A stretch of 64,000 bases of DNA from Patescibacteria group bacterium (GCA_041650755.1 JBAZKN010000001.1:4387-68386), one strand, 5' to 3'. Positions 19,581 to 28,962 are shown, counted from the stretch's first letter. The notes: a model not told the origin generated them from the sequence alone. Made by a program: numbers and translations.

Positions 19581-20870
19581 ATGCAAGCAATATTACTTAA
19601 AGATTTAGCTAAATTTGTCGGCCAAGAAGTAGAAATCAAAGCTTGGGTTTATAATTTTCGCTCCTCGGGCAAGATTATGTTCTGGCAATTAAGAGATGGT
19701 TCTGATTTTTCCCAGGCCATAGTCAATGCCGATGATTTGCCGAAAAAAAAGTGGGAGCTGGCTCAGAAAGTCTCTTTAGAGTCTTCAGTGAAAATAATCG
19801 GCACGGTCAACAAGCATCCCAAAAAAGAGGAGTATGAAATTTTGGTCAAAGATTTTGATTTTTTCCAGATAGCCGAAGAGTACCCTATAGCCAAAAAAGA
19901 TCATGGCATAGATTTCCTTATGGACCATAGGCATTTGTGGTTGCGATCCAGGCGTCAGTGGGCCATCCAAAGAGTCAGAGACACACTTGTCCAGGCAACT
20001 TATGAATACATGAGCGAAAATAATTTTATTAAAATTGATTCGCCGATTTTGACGCCCAGCGCTTGCGAGGGTACGACCGATTTGTTTGCCGTGAAGTATT
20101 TTGATGAAACAGCTTATCTTTCGCAGAGTGGCCAGCTTTATCTGGAGGCAGCTATTTTTGCTCACGGTCGTGTTTATGATTTTGGCCCTACCTTTAGAGC
20201 GGAAAAGTCAAAGACCAGAAGGCATCTGACAGAATTTTGGATGATGGATGCGGAAATGGCCTTTTGTGATTTAACACAAAACATGGATGTTCAGGAAAGC
20301 TTGATTCGCTTTATGGTAAAAAGGGTTTTGGAGAAAAATAAAGCGGAGTTGGAAATTTTAGAACGCGACACAAAAGTTTTGCAAAACATTGATAAGCCAT
20401 TTTATCGGCTTAGCTATTCGGAAGTTATTAAAAAATTGCAAAAACTGGGTTCGGATATCAAAGATGGCGATGATTTTGGCGCTGATGACGAGACAATGCT
20501 CACCAAAGAATACGATAATCCGATTTTTGTCACCAACTATCCAGCCAAAATCAAGGCTTTTTACATGAAGCATGATGTCAAGGATAAAGATAAAGCATCT
20601 TGCAGTGATTTATTGGCACCAGAAGGCTATGGCGAGATTATCGGCGGTTCACAGCGCGAAGATGATTATGACGCTTTATTGAAGCGCATCAAAGAGTATA
20701 AATTGCCGGTCAAAGAATTTGAGTGGTATTTGGATTTGAGAAAATATGGTAGCGTGCCGCATGGCGGTTTTGGCTTTGGCTTGGAGCGCATTGTGGCTTG
20801 GGTTTGCGGCTTGGAGCACGTCAGAGAGACTATACCTTTTCCTAGGACGATTTATCGTTTGAGACCGTAG
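19581..20870 (+). CDS. asnS: Asparaginyl-tRNA synthetase
   Basis: Class II motifs; FGPTFRAEKSKTRRHLTEFWMMDAEMAF closely matches AsnRS motif 2; GGSQRE, GFGFGLER motif 3. Confidence 0.9.
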   Translation: MQAILLKDLAKFVGQEVEIKAWVYNFRSSGKIMFWQLRDGSDFSQAIVNADDLPKKKWELAQKVSLESSVKIIGTVNKHPKKEEYEILVKDFDFFQIAEEYPIAKKDHGIDFLMDHRHLWLRSRRQWAIQRVRDTLVQATYEYMSENNFIKIDSPILTPSACEGTTDLFAVKYFDETAYLSQSGQLYLEAAIFAHGRVYDFGPTFRAEKSKTRRHLTEFWMMDAEMAFCDLTQNMDVQESLIRFMVKRVLEKNKAELEILERDTKVLQNIDKPFYRLSYSEVIKKLQKLGSDIKDGDDFGADDETMLTKEYDNPIFVTNYPAKIKAFYMKHDVKDKDKASCSDLLAPEGYGEIIGGSQREDDYDALLKRIKEYKLPVKEFEWYLDLRKYGSVPHGGFGFGLERIVAWVCGLEHVRETIPFPRTIYRLRP

Positions 20871-20871
20871 T

Positions 20872-21198
20872 ATGGGCAATCCATTTTTAGTACAAGCTTG
20901 TTTACGATTGGACGATGCGCAAATTCCCAAGCCATTGGAATTTAGCGAAGAGTATCATTTTAAAAAAATCGGTCACAGATTATATCAGATAAATGTCCCA
21001 ATGGATTTACGAACTCGTGATTGGAAATTTTTGGCCAGAATAGTGATAACAGAATATACGATTGGTAAAAATAGGACAGAGGGCACCTTTATTTTGGTAA
21101 AAGATTTCTCTGAAGCGGAAAAAGAAATAATCAGCAAAACATTTGTTGATGATAAGGAAGTCGAAAATATAGTAGCAAATTTGGAGAAAAATAAGTAA
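20872..21198 (+). CDS. Hypothetical protein
   Basis: 108 aa ORF starting 2 nt after asnS stop. Confidence 0.5.
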   Translation: MGNPFLVQACLRLDDAQIPKPLEFSEEYHFKKIGHRLYQINVPMDLRTRDWKFLARIVITEYTIGKNRTEGTFILVKDFSEAEKEIISKTFVDDKEVENIVANLEKNK

Positions 21199-21273
21199 TA
21201 TATCATAATTTGCCATTCTAGCCTCCTCCTACGTTCCTGTAGAGCTTCGGCGGACAGGCAACTGGCAGAATAT

Positions 21274-21349
21274 GCCGAGATAGCTCAGTTGGTAGAGCAG
21301 CGGTATCGTAAACCGCGGGTCGCAGGTTCGACTCCTGTTCTCGGCTCCA
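21274..21349 (+). tRNA. tRNA-Thr (anticodon CGU)
   Basis: 76 nt cloverleaf: acceptor GCCGAGA/TCTCGGC, D-arm GCTCAGTTGGTAGAGC, anticodon loop ATCGTAA, T-arm GCAGGTTCGACTCCTGT, encoded CCA. Confidence 0.9.
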
Positions 21350-21393
21350 CTCGACTCGTCGTCGTTTTACTCCTCCTCGTGAGACGAGACGAG

Positions 21394-21444
21394 TGTCCCG
21401 AACAGAGTCCTCGAGCGAAGTCGAGAGGGCGTAGTCGAGGGACA
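21394..21444 (+). repeat. 51-nt tRNA-trailer element, copy 1 (identical to 29129-29179)
   Basis: TGTCCCGAACAGAGTCCTCGAGCGAAGTCGAGAGGGCGTAGTCGAGGGACA; internally palindromic (GTCCC...GGGAC; CTCGA...TCGAG). Confidence 0.85.
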
Positions 21445-21504
21445 TTATCATAAAATTTTATTTACCCCGTTAGAAATTTACATTTTATTTCTAAAAGGGG
21501 TATA

Positions 21505-22965
21505 ATGTTTATAGATAAGCTTAATTTTTTAATTTCTAACAGGGTGATAAGAACAAAAACAATTGATACCGTAGGCCAAGTCGGGCAGATGGTAAACGTC
21601 AAGGGCTGGGTCAATACGCGGCGCAATATGGGCAAAATCGTTTTTCTTGATGTCCGTGATCGCTGGGGTTTGCTGCAAGTTGTCTGTGTGCCCTTTGATT
21701 TGTCTGCTGATTCTCAAGAAATAGTCAAAGAAATTAGACCAGAGTACATAATCAGCATCGAGGGTGTGGTGCAAAAGCGAGGAGATAAGCAGATCAATAA
21801 AGATTTGGCTACCGGCGAGGTAGAGCTTTTGGCCAAAAAGATACAGATTTTATCTGCTGCCGAAACACCGCCTTTTGAGATTGATGATGAAGATCACCAA
21901 GCTAATGAAGAATTACGTTTGAAATATCGTTATCTAGATTTACGTCACCAACGTATGAAGCATAATTTGGAGATACGCGATAAAGTGCTTAGTTTTTTTA
22001 GAGATTATCTACATGGTGAAGATTTTATAGAAATCCAAACACCGATCTTGTCAAAATCTACGCCTGAAGGTGCTAGAGACTACCTGGTGCCATCCCGCCT
22101 GCATCCGGGTAAATTTTTTGCCTTGCCGCAGGCGCCCCAGCAATATAAGCAGCTGTTGATGGTAGCTGGCTTTGACAGATATTTTCAGGTTGCTCCTTGT
22201 TTCAGAGATGAAGACGCCAGATCAGACAGAAGTCCGGGAGAATTTTATCAGCTAGACATGGAAATGTCCTTTGTCAAACAAGAGGAGATTTTGGATTTGG
22301 TAGAGGGCATGTTTAGCAAAATGGTCAAAAAGCTTTTTCCAGAGAAAAAAATCAGCCATGAACCCTGGCCACGCTTGAATTATGAAGAAGTAATGAAAAA
22401 ATACGGCAGCGATAAACCGGATTTAAGGAAGGATAAACATGATCCAAATGAGCTGGCTTTTGTCTGGGTAGTTAATTTCCCACTATTTACTCCTCAGACA
22501 GAGGAAGACAAATTTGTCGGCGCTGGCGACACTTGGGGGCCGACGCATAATATGTTTACCGCTCCCAAAGAAGAGGACTTGCACTTTTTAGATAAAGATC
22601 CCGGGAAAGCAAGATCATACCAGCACGACTTGGTATTAAATGGCTTTGAAGTTGGCGGGGGTGCCATTCGTATTCATGACATGAAAGTCCAAGAAAAGAT
22701 CTGGGATTTAATTGGTTTTACCAAAAAACAAAAAGAAGAGTTTAAACATTATTTTGAAGCTTTCAAATATGGCGTGCCTCCGCATGGCGGCATTGCCCCG
22801 GGTATAGATAGATTATTGATGGTATTATTGGCGGAAAAGAACCTAAAAGAAGTGACAGCTTTTCCGCTCACGTCCGATGGGCGTGATCCAATGATGGATT
22901 CTCCTTCAGAAGTCAGTAAAGAACAGCTAGACGAATTAGATCTGCAGATTAAGAAAAGACATTGA
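21505..22965 (+). CDS. aspS: Aspartyl-tRNA synthetase, bacterial-type but short (no GAD insertion)
   Basis: LPQAPQQYKQLLMVAGFDRYFQVAPCFRDEDARSDRSPGEFYQLDMEMSF matches bacterial AspRS motif 2 region; 486 aa vs ~590 typical. Confidence 0.9.
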   Translation: MFIDKLNFLISNRVIRTKTIDTVGQVGQMVNVKGWVNTRRNMGKIVFLDVRDRWGLLQVVCVPFDLSADSQEIVKEIRPEYIISIEGVVQKRGDKQINKDLATGEVELLAKKIQILSAAETPPFEIDDEDHQANEELRLKYRYLDLRHQRMKHNLEIRDKVLSFFRDYLHGEDFIEIQTPILSKSTPEGARDYLVPSRLHPGKFFALPQAPQQYKQLLMVAGFDRYFQVAPCFRDEDARSDRSPGEFYQLDMEMSFVKQEEILDLVEGMFSKMVKKLFPEKKISHEPWPRLNYEEVMKKYGSDKPDLRKDKHDPNELAFVWVVNFPLFTPQTEEDKFVGAGDTWGPTHNMFTAPKEEDLHFLDKDPGKARSYQHDLVLNGFEVGGGAIRIHDMKVQEKIWDLIGFTKKQKEEFKHYFEAFKYGVPPHGGIAPGIDRLLMVLLAEKNLKEVTAFPLTSDGRDPMMDSPSEVSKEQLDELDLQIKKRH

Positions 22966-22990
22966 CAAAATTTTATTTTTACTATATAGT
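22963..22990 (+). promoter_or_regulatory. Sigma70-like promoter (TTGACA-16-TATAGT)
   Basis: Hexamers read at 22963-22968 and 22985-22990. Confidence 0.45.
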
Positions 22991-22996
22991 GGATAG

Positions 22997-23127
22997 TCAA
23001 CCTGTTCCCCTCGTATACAGTGCTATGCAATAGCGCTGGCCGTCAGGGAGGGGTGTACTCCCTCCAAACCCCCAAACCTCTTCCTGCGGCTGAGGTCCCG
23101 GGTGCCTTTTGGCCCGGGACTTTTTTT
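22997..23127 (+). ncRNA. Candidate small RNA 1 (~130 nt, GC-rich)
   Basis: No ORF; nested hairpins; ends in terminator GTCCCGGG-loop-GCCCGGGAC + T7; lies in 460-nt gap between aspS and scpA. Confidence 0.45.
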
Positions 23128-23134
23128 GTTTACC

Positions 23135-23163
23135 TTGACATATTATAAGTTTTAGTTTATAAT
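23135..23163 (+). promoter_or_regulatory. Sigma70 consensus promoter (TTGACA-17-TATAAT)
   Basis: Perfect hexamers at 23135-23140 and 23158-23163. Confidence 0.6.
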
Positions 23164-23169
23164 ATAGAA

Positions 23170-23356
23170 AATTATGTTTCTTGGACTCGCCCACCTGGTA
23201 GCACCCTGCCAGGTGGCAAGGACCGGCTGCCAGTAGAACGCGCCCTTAGGCGTTCTCAAGCCGGTCTAATGCCGGAAAGGGGCTTTTTGCTCTCAAGCCT
23301 CCCCCCTTTTCGGCGTCCGGGGACCCGTTGCCTGTGCGGCGGGTCCTCATTTTTTG
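23170..23356 (+). ncRNA. Candidate small RNA 2 (~185 nt, GC-rich; size compatible with 6S or SRP-like RNA)
   Basis: Hairpins CCACCTGG...CCAGGTGG, GACCGGC...GCCGGTC, GAACGCGCC...GGCGTTC; terminator GGACCCG-loop-CGGGTCC + T-run; no ORF with RBS. Confidence 0.45.
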
Positions 23357-23427
23357 TTTTAAAAAATTTGGAAAAATTGCAGTCAAATGATATAATATGG
23401 GGGCTATTTTTATATTTAGAGTTAGTA

Positions 23428-24135
23428 ATGCGGCAAATTACTTTAGAAAAATTTGAAGGCCCCCTGGATCTGTTATTGCAGCTGATTGAAAAAAATAAGC
23501 TCAATATTACAGAAATTTCCTTGACCAAAGTCACAGACCAGTATTTGGTCTATATCGAGGAAAACAAAAATATTGCCTCTGAAGAAGTGGCTGATTTTTT
23601 GGTGATTGCCGCCAAATTGATTTATCTAAAATCCAGATATTTGTTGCCCGACCTGTCTGTCAGCGAAGAGGACGATGGCTTGTCTTTGGCCAGACAGCTC
23701 AAGATTTATCGTCAGTATTACTTAGCCAGTAAAGACATAAATAAATTGTGGCTTGATAGAAAATTAAAATCTTATAGCCGCAGTGGCGATTATAGAAATT
23801 TTATTGAGGTTGGCTTTGTGCCACCGCAAAAGATAAAACCCCAGGACTTGCGTGACTGGTGGCTAGAAATTTTACAGCGTCTCGATCAGATTGTAAATTT
23901 GCCCAAAGTAGTCATGGCCAAGGCTGTTTCTATTGCCGAAAAAATCAGACACATTAAAGATTTGATAGCCAATGCTGCTGAACTAAAGTTTAGTCAGTTG
24001 ATTGACGCTAAAAACAGCAAAACAGATGTGGTTGTCAGTTTTTTGGCAATTTTGGAGCTGGTCAAGCAAAGAGATATTGTCGTCCAGCAGGACAATATAT
24101 TTTCAGATTTTAATATTTATAAAAATAATCACTAA
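23428..24135 (+). CDS. scpA: Segregation and condensation protein A
   Basis: N-terminal LEKFEGPLDLLLQLIEKNKL ScpA signature; start moved to MRQITLEKF (track ORF extends upstream through the sRNA region). Confidence 0.85.
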   Translation: MRQITLEKFEGPLDLLLQLIEKNKLNITEISLTKVTDQYLVYIEENKNIASEEVADFLVIAAKLIYLKSRYLLPDLSVSEEDDGLSLARQLKIYRQYYLASKDINKLWLDRKLKSYSRSGDYRNFIEVGFVPPQKIKPQDLRDWWLEILQRLDQIVNLPKVVMAKAVSIAEKIRHIKDLIANAAELKFSQLIDAKNSKTDVVVSFLAILELVKQRDIVVQQDNIFSDFNIYKNNH

Positions 24136-24140
24136 GTGTT

Positions 24141-24707
24141 ATGGCAAAAAATATTTCCTGTTTAGAAAGTTTATTGTTGGTGACAGCTAAGCCATTGAGC
24201 TTTAGAGAACTGGCTAATTTTTTGAAAGTTTCCGAAAATGAAATCAAAGACCTAGTTATCAGTTTGGAAAATAAATACAATCAAGCAGACAGCGGCATTC
24301 ATTTGGCAGTCAACAACAAAAAAGTCCAGTTTATCACTAATCCAAGTAATGCCCAGATTTTGCGTGATTATTTTAAAGATGAGCTTAGCGGTGAATTGAC
24401 CAATGCCTCTTTGGAAACCTTGACTATTATTGCTTATCGTCAGCCAATAGCCAAAGAAGAATTGGAGCAAATCAGAGGCGTAAATTGTAGTTTAATTTTG
24501 CGTAATTTACTGATTCGCGGCCTTGTAGAGGTACAAGAAGAAAAGGCGGATTTGAGCCCCAAATATGCAGTAACCATGGATTTTATCAAGCACTTGGGCA
24601 TAAATTCTGTGACCGAACTACCGGATTATGAAAAGCTCAATAGTGATGCTAATTTAGAAAAATTATTGGCCGTGACTGAAGATTTGGCCGAAGCCAAAAA
24701 AGATTAG
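24141..24707 (+). CDS. scpB: Segregation and condensation protein B
   Basis: 188 aa, tandem winged-helix ScpB-like (LLLVTAKPLSFRELANFLKVSENEI...; IIAYRQPIAKEELEQIRGV). Confidence 0.85.
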   Translation: MAKNISCLESLLLVTAKPLSFRELANFLKVSENEIKDLVISLENKYNQADSGIHLAVNNKKVQFITNPSNAQILRDYFKDELSGELTNASLETLTIIAYRQPIAKEELEQIRGVNCSLILRNLLIRGLVEVQEEKADLSPKYAVTMDFIKHLGINSVTELPDYEKLNSDANLEKLLAVTEDLAEAKKD

Positions 24708-24710
24708 TTT

Positions 24711-25406
24711 ATGTCCCAAGAAGACGGTTTAATTAGATTATCTAGATTTTTGTCCGATAGCGGCTCGGCTTCGCGTCGGCAAGCAGACAAGCTGATTAAG
24801 GCTGGTCAGGTGACAGTCAACGGTGTCAAAGTAATGTCACTGGGGACAAAGATCAACCCTCGTTTGGTCAAAGTTTCTTGTCGGGGCAAACTGGTTAGAT
24901 CAGCCACTAAAGTTTATTATTTACTCAATAAGCCAGTTGGCTATATTTGTTCGGTGCGTGATCCGCACAACCCAAAGACAGTCTTGACTTTAGTGCCGCC
25001 ACAACCAAAGGTTTGGCCAGTCGGTCGTCTAGATATGGACTCATCCGGGCTTTTATTGCTGACCAATGATGGCGATTTGACATTCCAATTGACTCATCCA
25101 AAATTTTCTGTGGTCAAGACGTACTTAGTCAAAGTAGATAAGCAAGTAAGATCAACTGATTTGATAAAATTAAAACAGGGCATTAGATTAACTGAGGGGC
25201 TAGCTAAAGCTGATCAAGTAAGTATCCAGGGCCAAAAAGCATTATCATTAAGCATTCATCAGGGCTGGAAAAGACAAATCCGGCGGATGTTAGCAGGTCT
25301 GGGCTATAATGTCGTATCCCTGACCAGAGTGCAAGAGGGCAATTTGTCTTTGGGGAATTTAGCAGTCGGTAAATATAAAATTTTACAAAGAAAAGATATT
25401 AAATAA
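24711..25406 (+). CDS. rluB: Pseudouridine synthase, RsuA/RluB family
   Basis: N-terminal S4 domain (RLSRFLSDSGSASRRQADKLIKAGQVTVNG) and catalytic GRLDMDSSGLLLLTNDG. Confidence 0.9.
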   Translation: MSQEDGLIRLSRFLSDSGSASRRQADKLIKAGQVTVNGVKVMSLGTKINPRLVKVSCRGKLVRSATKVYYLLNKPVGYICSVRDPHNPKTVLTLVPPQPKVWPVGRLDMDSSGLLLLTNDGDLTFQLTHPKFSVVKTYLVKVDKQVRSTDLIKLKQGIRLTEGLAKADQVSIQGQKALSLSIHQGWKRQIRRMLAGLGYNVVSLTRVQEGNLSLGNLAVGKYKILQRKDIK

Positions 25407-25415
25407 ATTTTACAG

Positions 25416-26339
25416 ATGAATATTTGGGCGTTGCTTGCTAGTTTAATAATATCTTGGGATTTGACAGCCAAGGTGATTTATCATTTACCGACAGTTATTT
25501 TGGAAAATCATAATGAAAGGCCAACAGCAACTTTGGTTGATCAGGCGTTAGATGATAATAAGATTGTGCCCCACAAAAAAGATAATAATTCCTGGGGAGT
25601 AAAAATCAGCGCTCAAGCCTCAGCGGTAATGGATGAAGGTTCGGGAGTGATTTTGTGGCAAAAAAATGCTGATGAAATAAGGTCGCTGGCCAGTATTACT
25701 AAATTAATGACGGCATTAGTTTTTTTGGAGAAAAATCCTGGTTGGGATAAGCTGATTACTATGCAGGCTGTGGATGAAACCGGAGAGAATAGCCCAAATA
25801 TTTTGCGAAGCGAGACAGTCACAGTCAAAGATTTATTTTATGTTAGCCTGATTGCTTCGGATAATAATACTACCAAGGCCTTGGTGCGCAGCACCGGTTT
25901 GTCAGATAATGATTTTGTGAAGCTGATGAATCAAAAAGCTAAGGACTTGGGGTTGAGCCAGACTACTTTTGTTGATGTCACGGGCCTGGATGACAATGAT
26001 CATTCAACTGCTTTGGATATTATCCATTTAGCTAAAGTTGCCTTTGATCAGGCCGACATTGTTCAGGCTACCAGTCAAGCCAGCTATAATTTAACTACGC
26101 AAGCCGGTCGAAGTAAAAAAATTAATTCAACCAATAATTTATTACGCAGTTATTTGACCATTAAGGCTGGTAAAACCGGATCAACTAATGCGGCTGGCTA
26201 TTGTTTGGTGGCCAGGATAGAAAACAAAACCGGTCAAAATATTATCGGCGTAGTTTTGGGTTCAGCCAACCACGAACAGCGTTTTCAAGATTTAAAAATA
26301 CTGCTGGCCTGGATTTTGGATAATTTTTCTTGGTCTTAG
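25416..26339 (+). CDS. D-alanyl-D-alanine carboxypeptidase (serine-type, PBP5-like)
   Basis: SxxK (SITKLMT), SDN (ASDNN), KTG (GKTGST) motifs; N-terminal hydrophobic segment. Confidence 0.85.
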   Translation: MNIWALLASLIISWDLTAKVIYHLPTVILENHNERPTATLVDQALDDNKIVPHKKDNNSWGVKISAQASAVMDEGSGVILWQKNADEIRSLASITKLMTALVFLEKNPGWDKLITMQAVDETGENSPNILRSETVTVKDLFYVSLIASDNNTTKALVRSTGLSDNDFVKLMNQKAKDLGLSQTTFVDVTGLDDNDHSTALDIIHLAKVAFDQADIVQATSQASYNLTTQAGRSKKINSTNNLLRSYLTIKAGKTGSTNAAGYCLVARIENKTGQNIIGVVLGSANHEQRFQDLKILLAWILDNFSWS

Positions 26340-26401
26340 TGGTTAACTGTTCAATATCCATCAAAAGGTGGTATCATATATGTAAGTATGAATTTATTTT
26401 T

Positions 26402-27163
26402 ATGCCAGAATACAAAATAATAGTAGCCAACTGGAAAATGCAGCTGACTGTGTCTGAGGCCAAACAGCAGGCGCTTAATTTAAAAAAATTATTAGGCAAA
26501 AGTAAAATTGATAAAAATATCGAGATTGTTATTTGTCCAGATTTTTTGAGTCTGGTCGAGGTAGCTGATATTTTTAAAGGCAGCCGGGTAAAAATTGGCG
26601 CTCAAGATGGCTTTTATGAAGAGGCCGGGGCTTACACTGGCCAGATATCTTTATCTGATCTTAAAGCTAGTGGTTGCCAGTATGTGATCTTGGGGCATTC
26701 AGAAAAGCGGAATTTAGGCGAGACTGACATTGTGATAAACAAAAAAGTAAGGGCTGCTTTGGCCCACGGTTTGACACCAATTATTTGTGTGGGCGAGACT
26801 TTTGAAGAAAGAAAGGAGGGCCAAAAAGACCTGGTAGTCATGCACCAAGTTTATCAGGCCTTGCACGAAGTCAGGCTCAAGCCAAAACAGAAGATAGTGA
26901 TAGCCTATGAGCCAGTTTGGGTGATAGGCAGTGGCCAAGCTATAGGTAGCGCTGACGCTTATGACGCCGCCTTGGTTATTGGGCAGAGTACTTTGGATGT
27001 TTTTGAGAAAGAAAGCCATGGATCAGTCTCGATAATTTATGGTGGCAGCGTTAATCCGGAAAACATCAAAGATTTTACTGGTTTGCCTAACATTTCCGGA
27101 GCCTTGGTGGGTGGCGCCAGCCTGGACGCCAAAACTTTTGTTTCTATTATAAAAAATATTTAA
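26402..27163 (+). CDS. tpiA: Triosephosphate isomerase
   Basis: ANWKM, ILGHSEKR, VGETFEER, AYEPVWVIGSG motifs; start moved to MPEYKIIVANWKM. Confidence 0.92.
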   Translation: MPEYKIIVANWKMQLTVSEAKQQALNLKKLLGKSKIDKNIEIVICPDFLSLVEVADIFKGSRVKIGAQDGFYEEAGAYTGQISLSDLKASGCQYVILGHSEKRNLGETDIVINKKVRAALAHGLTPIICVGETFEERKEGQKDLVVMHQVYQALHEVRLKPKQKIVIAYEPVWVIGSGQAIGSADAYDAALVIGQSTLDVFEKESHGSVSIIYGGSVNPENIKDFTGLPNISGALVGGASLDAKTFVSIIKNI

Positions 27164-27180
27164 GCTGGTTAAATAAATCT

Positions 27181-28050
27181 ATGCTAGTATCAATGCAAAA
27201 AATTATTAGCCGAGCAGAACGAGGCAGATATGCCGTTGGTGCGTTTAATACCTCCAATTTGGAAATTACTTTAGCGATAGTGCGGGCGGCTGTTAGGTTG
27301 AAATCTCCCGTTATTATTCAAACTTCCGAATCAGCCATAAAATACTCAAACCTAGAGACCATCTATAATCTTATTAAAACTTTAGCCAATACTGCAGGTT
27401 GTCAGGTGCCGATAGCTATTCATTTGGATCATGGCAAAGACCTCTCCATAATCAAAAATTGTCTAAGAATAGGCTATAATTCAGTGCATATTGATGCCTC
27501 TGAATATGATTTTGCCAAAAATATTCGTTTGACCAAGCAGGTAGTTGCTTTGGCTAAAAAGAAACACACTTGGGTGCAGGCAGAATTAGGGGCGATTTTT
27601 GGTGCCGAAGGTTTGGTCAAACTGCAAAAAGGCACAATAAAAATGGCAGATTATATGACTGACCCCGGGCAAGCCAAAAAATTTGTTAAAACAACGGGAG
27701 TGGATACCCTGGCAGTATCAGTTGGTACTATTCATGGGCGTTTTGTCGGCATAGAAAAAGTTGATCAAAAGCGTTTACGAGCCATTAGACAAGAGACCAA
27801 AATTCCGCTAGTATTGCATGGCGGTTCAGGATTGTCTCCTCGAGAATTTCAACAGGCCATCAAAAATGGCGTTCGCATTATAAATATTGATACTAATTTG
27901 CGGTTAAAATTCAAACAGGGGGTAGCCGGGGGCTTAAGGCAGCCAGCTAAAATTATTGATCCGCGAGCGATTTTGCATCCAGCTATTGATCTGATGCAGC
28001 GGGAAGTGGAGCGACTAATCAAGGTTTTTGGCAGTGCTAATAAGGCTTAA
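27181..28050 (+). CDS. fba: Class II fructose/tagatose-bisphosphate aldolase
   Basis: AVGAFN, IHLDHG, LHGGSG motifs typical of class II aldolases. Confidence 0.88.
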   Translation: MLVSMQKIISRAERGRYAVGAFNTSNLEITLAIVRAAVRLKSPVIIQTSESAIKYSNLETIYNLIKTLANTAGCQVPIAIHLDHGKDLSIIKNCLRIGYNSVHIDASEYDFAKNIRLTKQVVALAKKKHTWVQAELGAIFGAEGLVKLQKGTIKMADYMTDPGQAKKFVKTTGVDTLAVSVGTIHGRFVGIEKVDQKRLRAIRQETKIPLVLHGGSGLSPREFQQAIKNGVRIINIDTNLRLKFKQGVAGGLRQPAKIIDPRAILHPAIDLMQREVERLIKVFGSANKA

Positions 28051-28053
28051 GCT

Positions 28054-28941
28054 ATGCTTGATATAATTTTAATTATCATCGCCGTTGTCGCTGGATTTTT
28101 TATAATCCGCTTGCTAGTGAGAAAATTTCCTTATCTAGCTAATATTAATGTTAATAATTTACCAGAGGTGAAGGCCAATCGGCAAAAGCAGCTGATTTTA
28201 CAAAATCGTTTGTATCGTTTGGCCAATGAATTTTGGGTAAAAATAAAAGAGCTGGTAGAGCCGTGGCAGGACCAAGTAAATAGCCGTTTTAAAAATTATT
28301 ACCAAAGGCTCAAGGTTATAGAAAAAGATTTACAACGTCGCGGACAAGAACGCTTGAGCTCGGCCATCAGTAAATCACAAACATTGGACGAAATGTTGAC
28401 GCAAGCTAGGCAGCAGATCAATGACGAGGATTATCAGGCAGCCGAAAATTTATTGATAGATGTTTTGAGTTTGGATAATCACAATGTTGAGGCTTATAAG
28501 CTTTTGGCTGAGGTTTATCGCGCTCGCAAGGAGTATGAACAAGCTCGCGAGACATTGGAGTATTTATTGAAATTGACGCACGAATCCGACCCAGCAGTTT
28601 ACTTTTCTTTGGCTGATATTGCCAAGCAGCGGGGCAATTTAAAACAAGCAGAGGAGGATTATTTGAAATCAATTTCTTTGTCGGATGATAATTATTTATA
28701 TTTTCTTTCATTAGCCGAGGTTTATCTGGATTTAGATCAATCAGAAAAAGCCTTATCAACGGCTCAGCGAGCCTTAATTTTGTCTCCCAATAACCCCAAA
28801 ATTCTTGACTTTTTGATAAATCTTAGTATAATTATCCAAGACCAAGAATTGGCCAAGCAATATTTAAATAAATTACGCGAGGTAAATCCAGAAAATAATA
28901 AGTTGATAGAGTTTGGTGAACAGATTGATGCTTTGAAATAG
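28054..28941 (+). CDS. TPR-repeat protein with N-terminal membrane anchor
   Basis: N-terminal TM helix; repeated 34-aa Ala/Tyr/Leu-rich TPR-like units. Confidence 0.7.
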   Translation: MLDIILIIIAVVAGFFIIRLLVRKFPYLANINVNNLPEVKANRQKQLILQNRLYRLANEFWVKIKELVEPWQDQVNSRFKNYYQRLKVIEKDLQRRGQERLSSAISKSQTLDEMLTQARQQINDEDYQAAENLLIDVLSLDNHNVEAYKLLAEVYRARKEYEQARETLEYLLKLTHESDPAVYFSLADIAKQRGNLKQAEEDYLKSISLSDDNYLYFLSLAEVYLDLDQSEKALSTAQRALILSPNNPKILDFLINLSIIIQDQELAKQYLNKLREVNPENNKLIEFGEQIDALK

Positions 28942-28962
28942 GTGGCCAAATTTTTTATTTAA

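Noticed and set aside
21218-21451. 77-aa minus-strand ORF (MIMSLDYALSTSLEDSVRD…) and its near-twin at 28959-29192
   Set aside because: Both are simply the reverse-strand translation of a tRNA gene plus the shared 51-nt trailer repeat. The similarity reflects the nucleotide repeat, not a protein family.
23256-23534. Minus-strand 92-aa ORF and the N-terminal extension of the 23269 ORF (MPERGFLLSSLPPFRRPGTRCLCGG…)
   Set aside because: Both lie over the GC-rich sRNA candidate and its terminator. ScpA's conserved N-terminus begins at MRQITLEKFEGPLDLL (23428).
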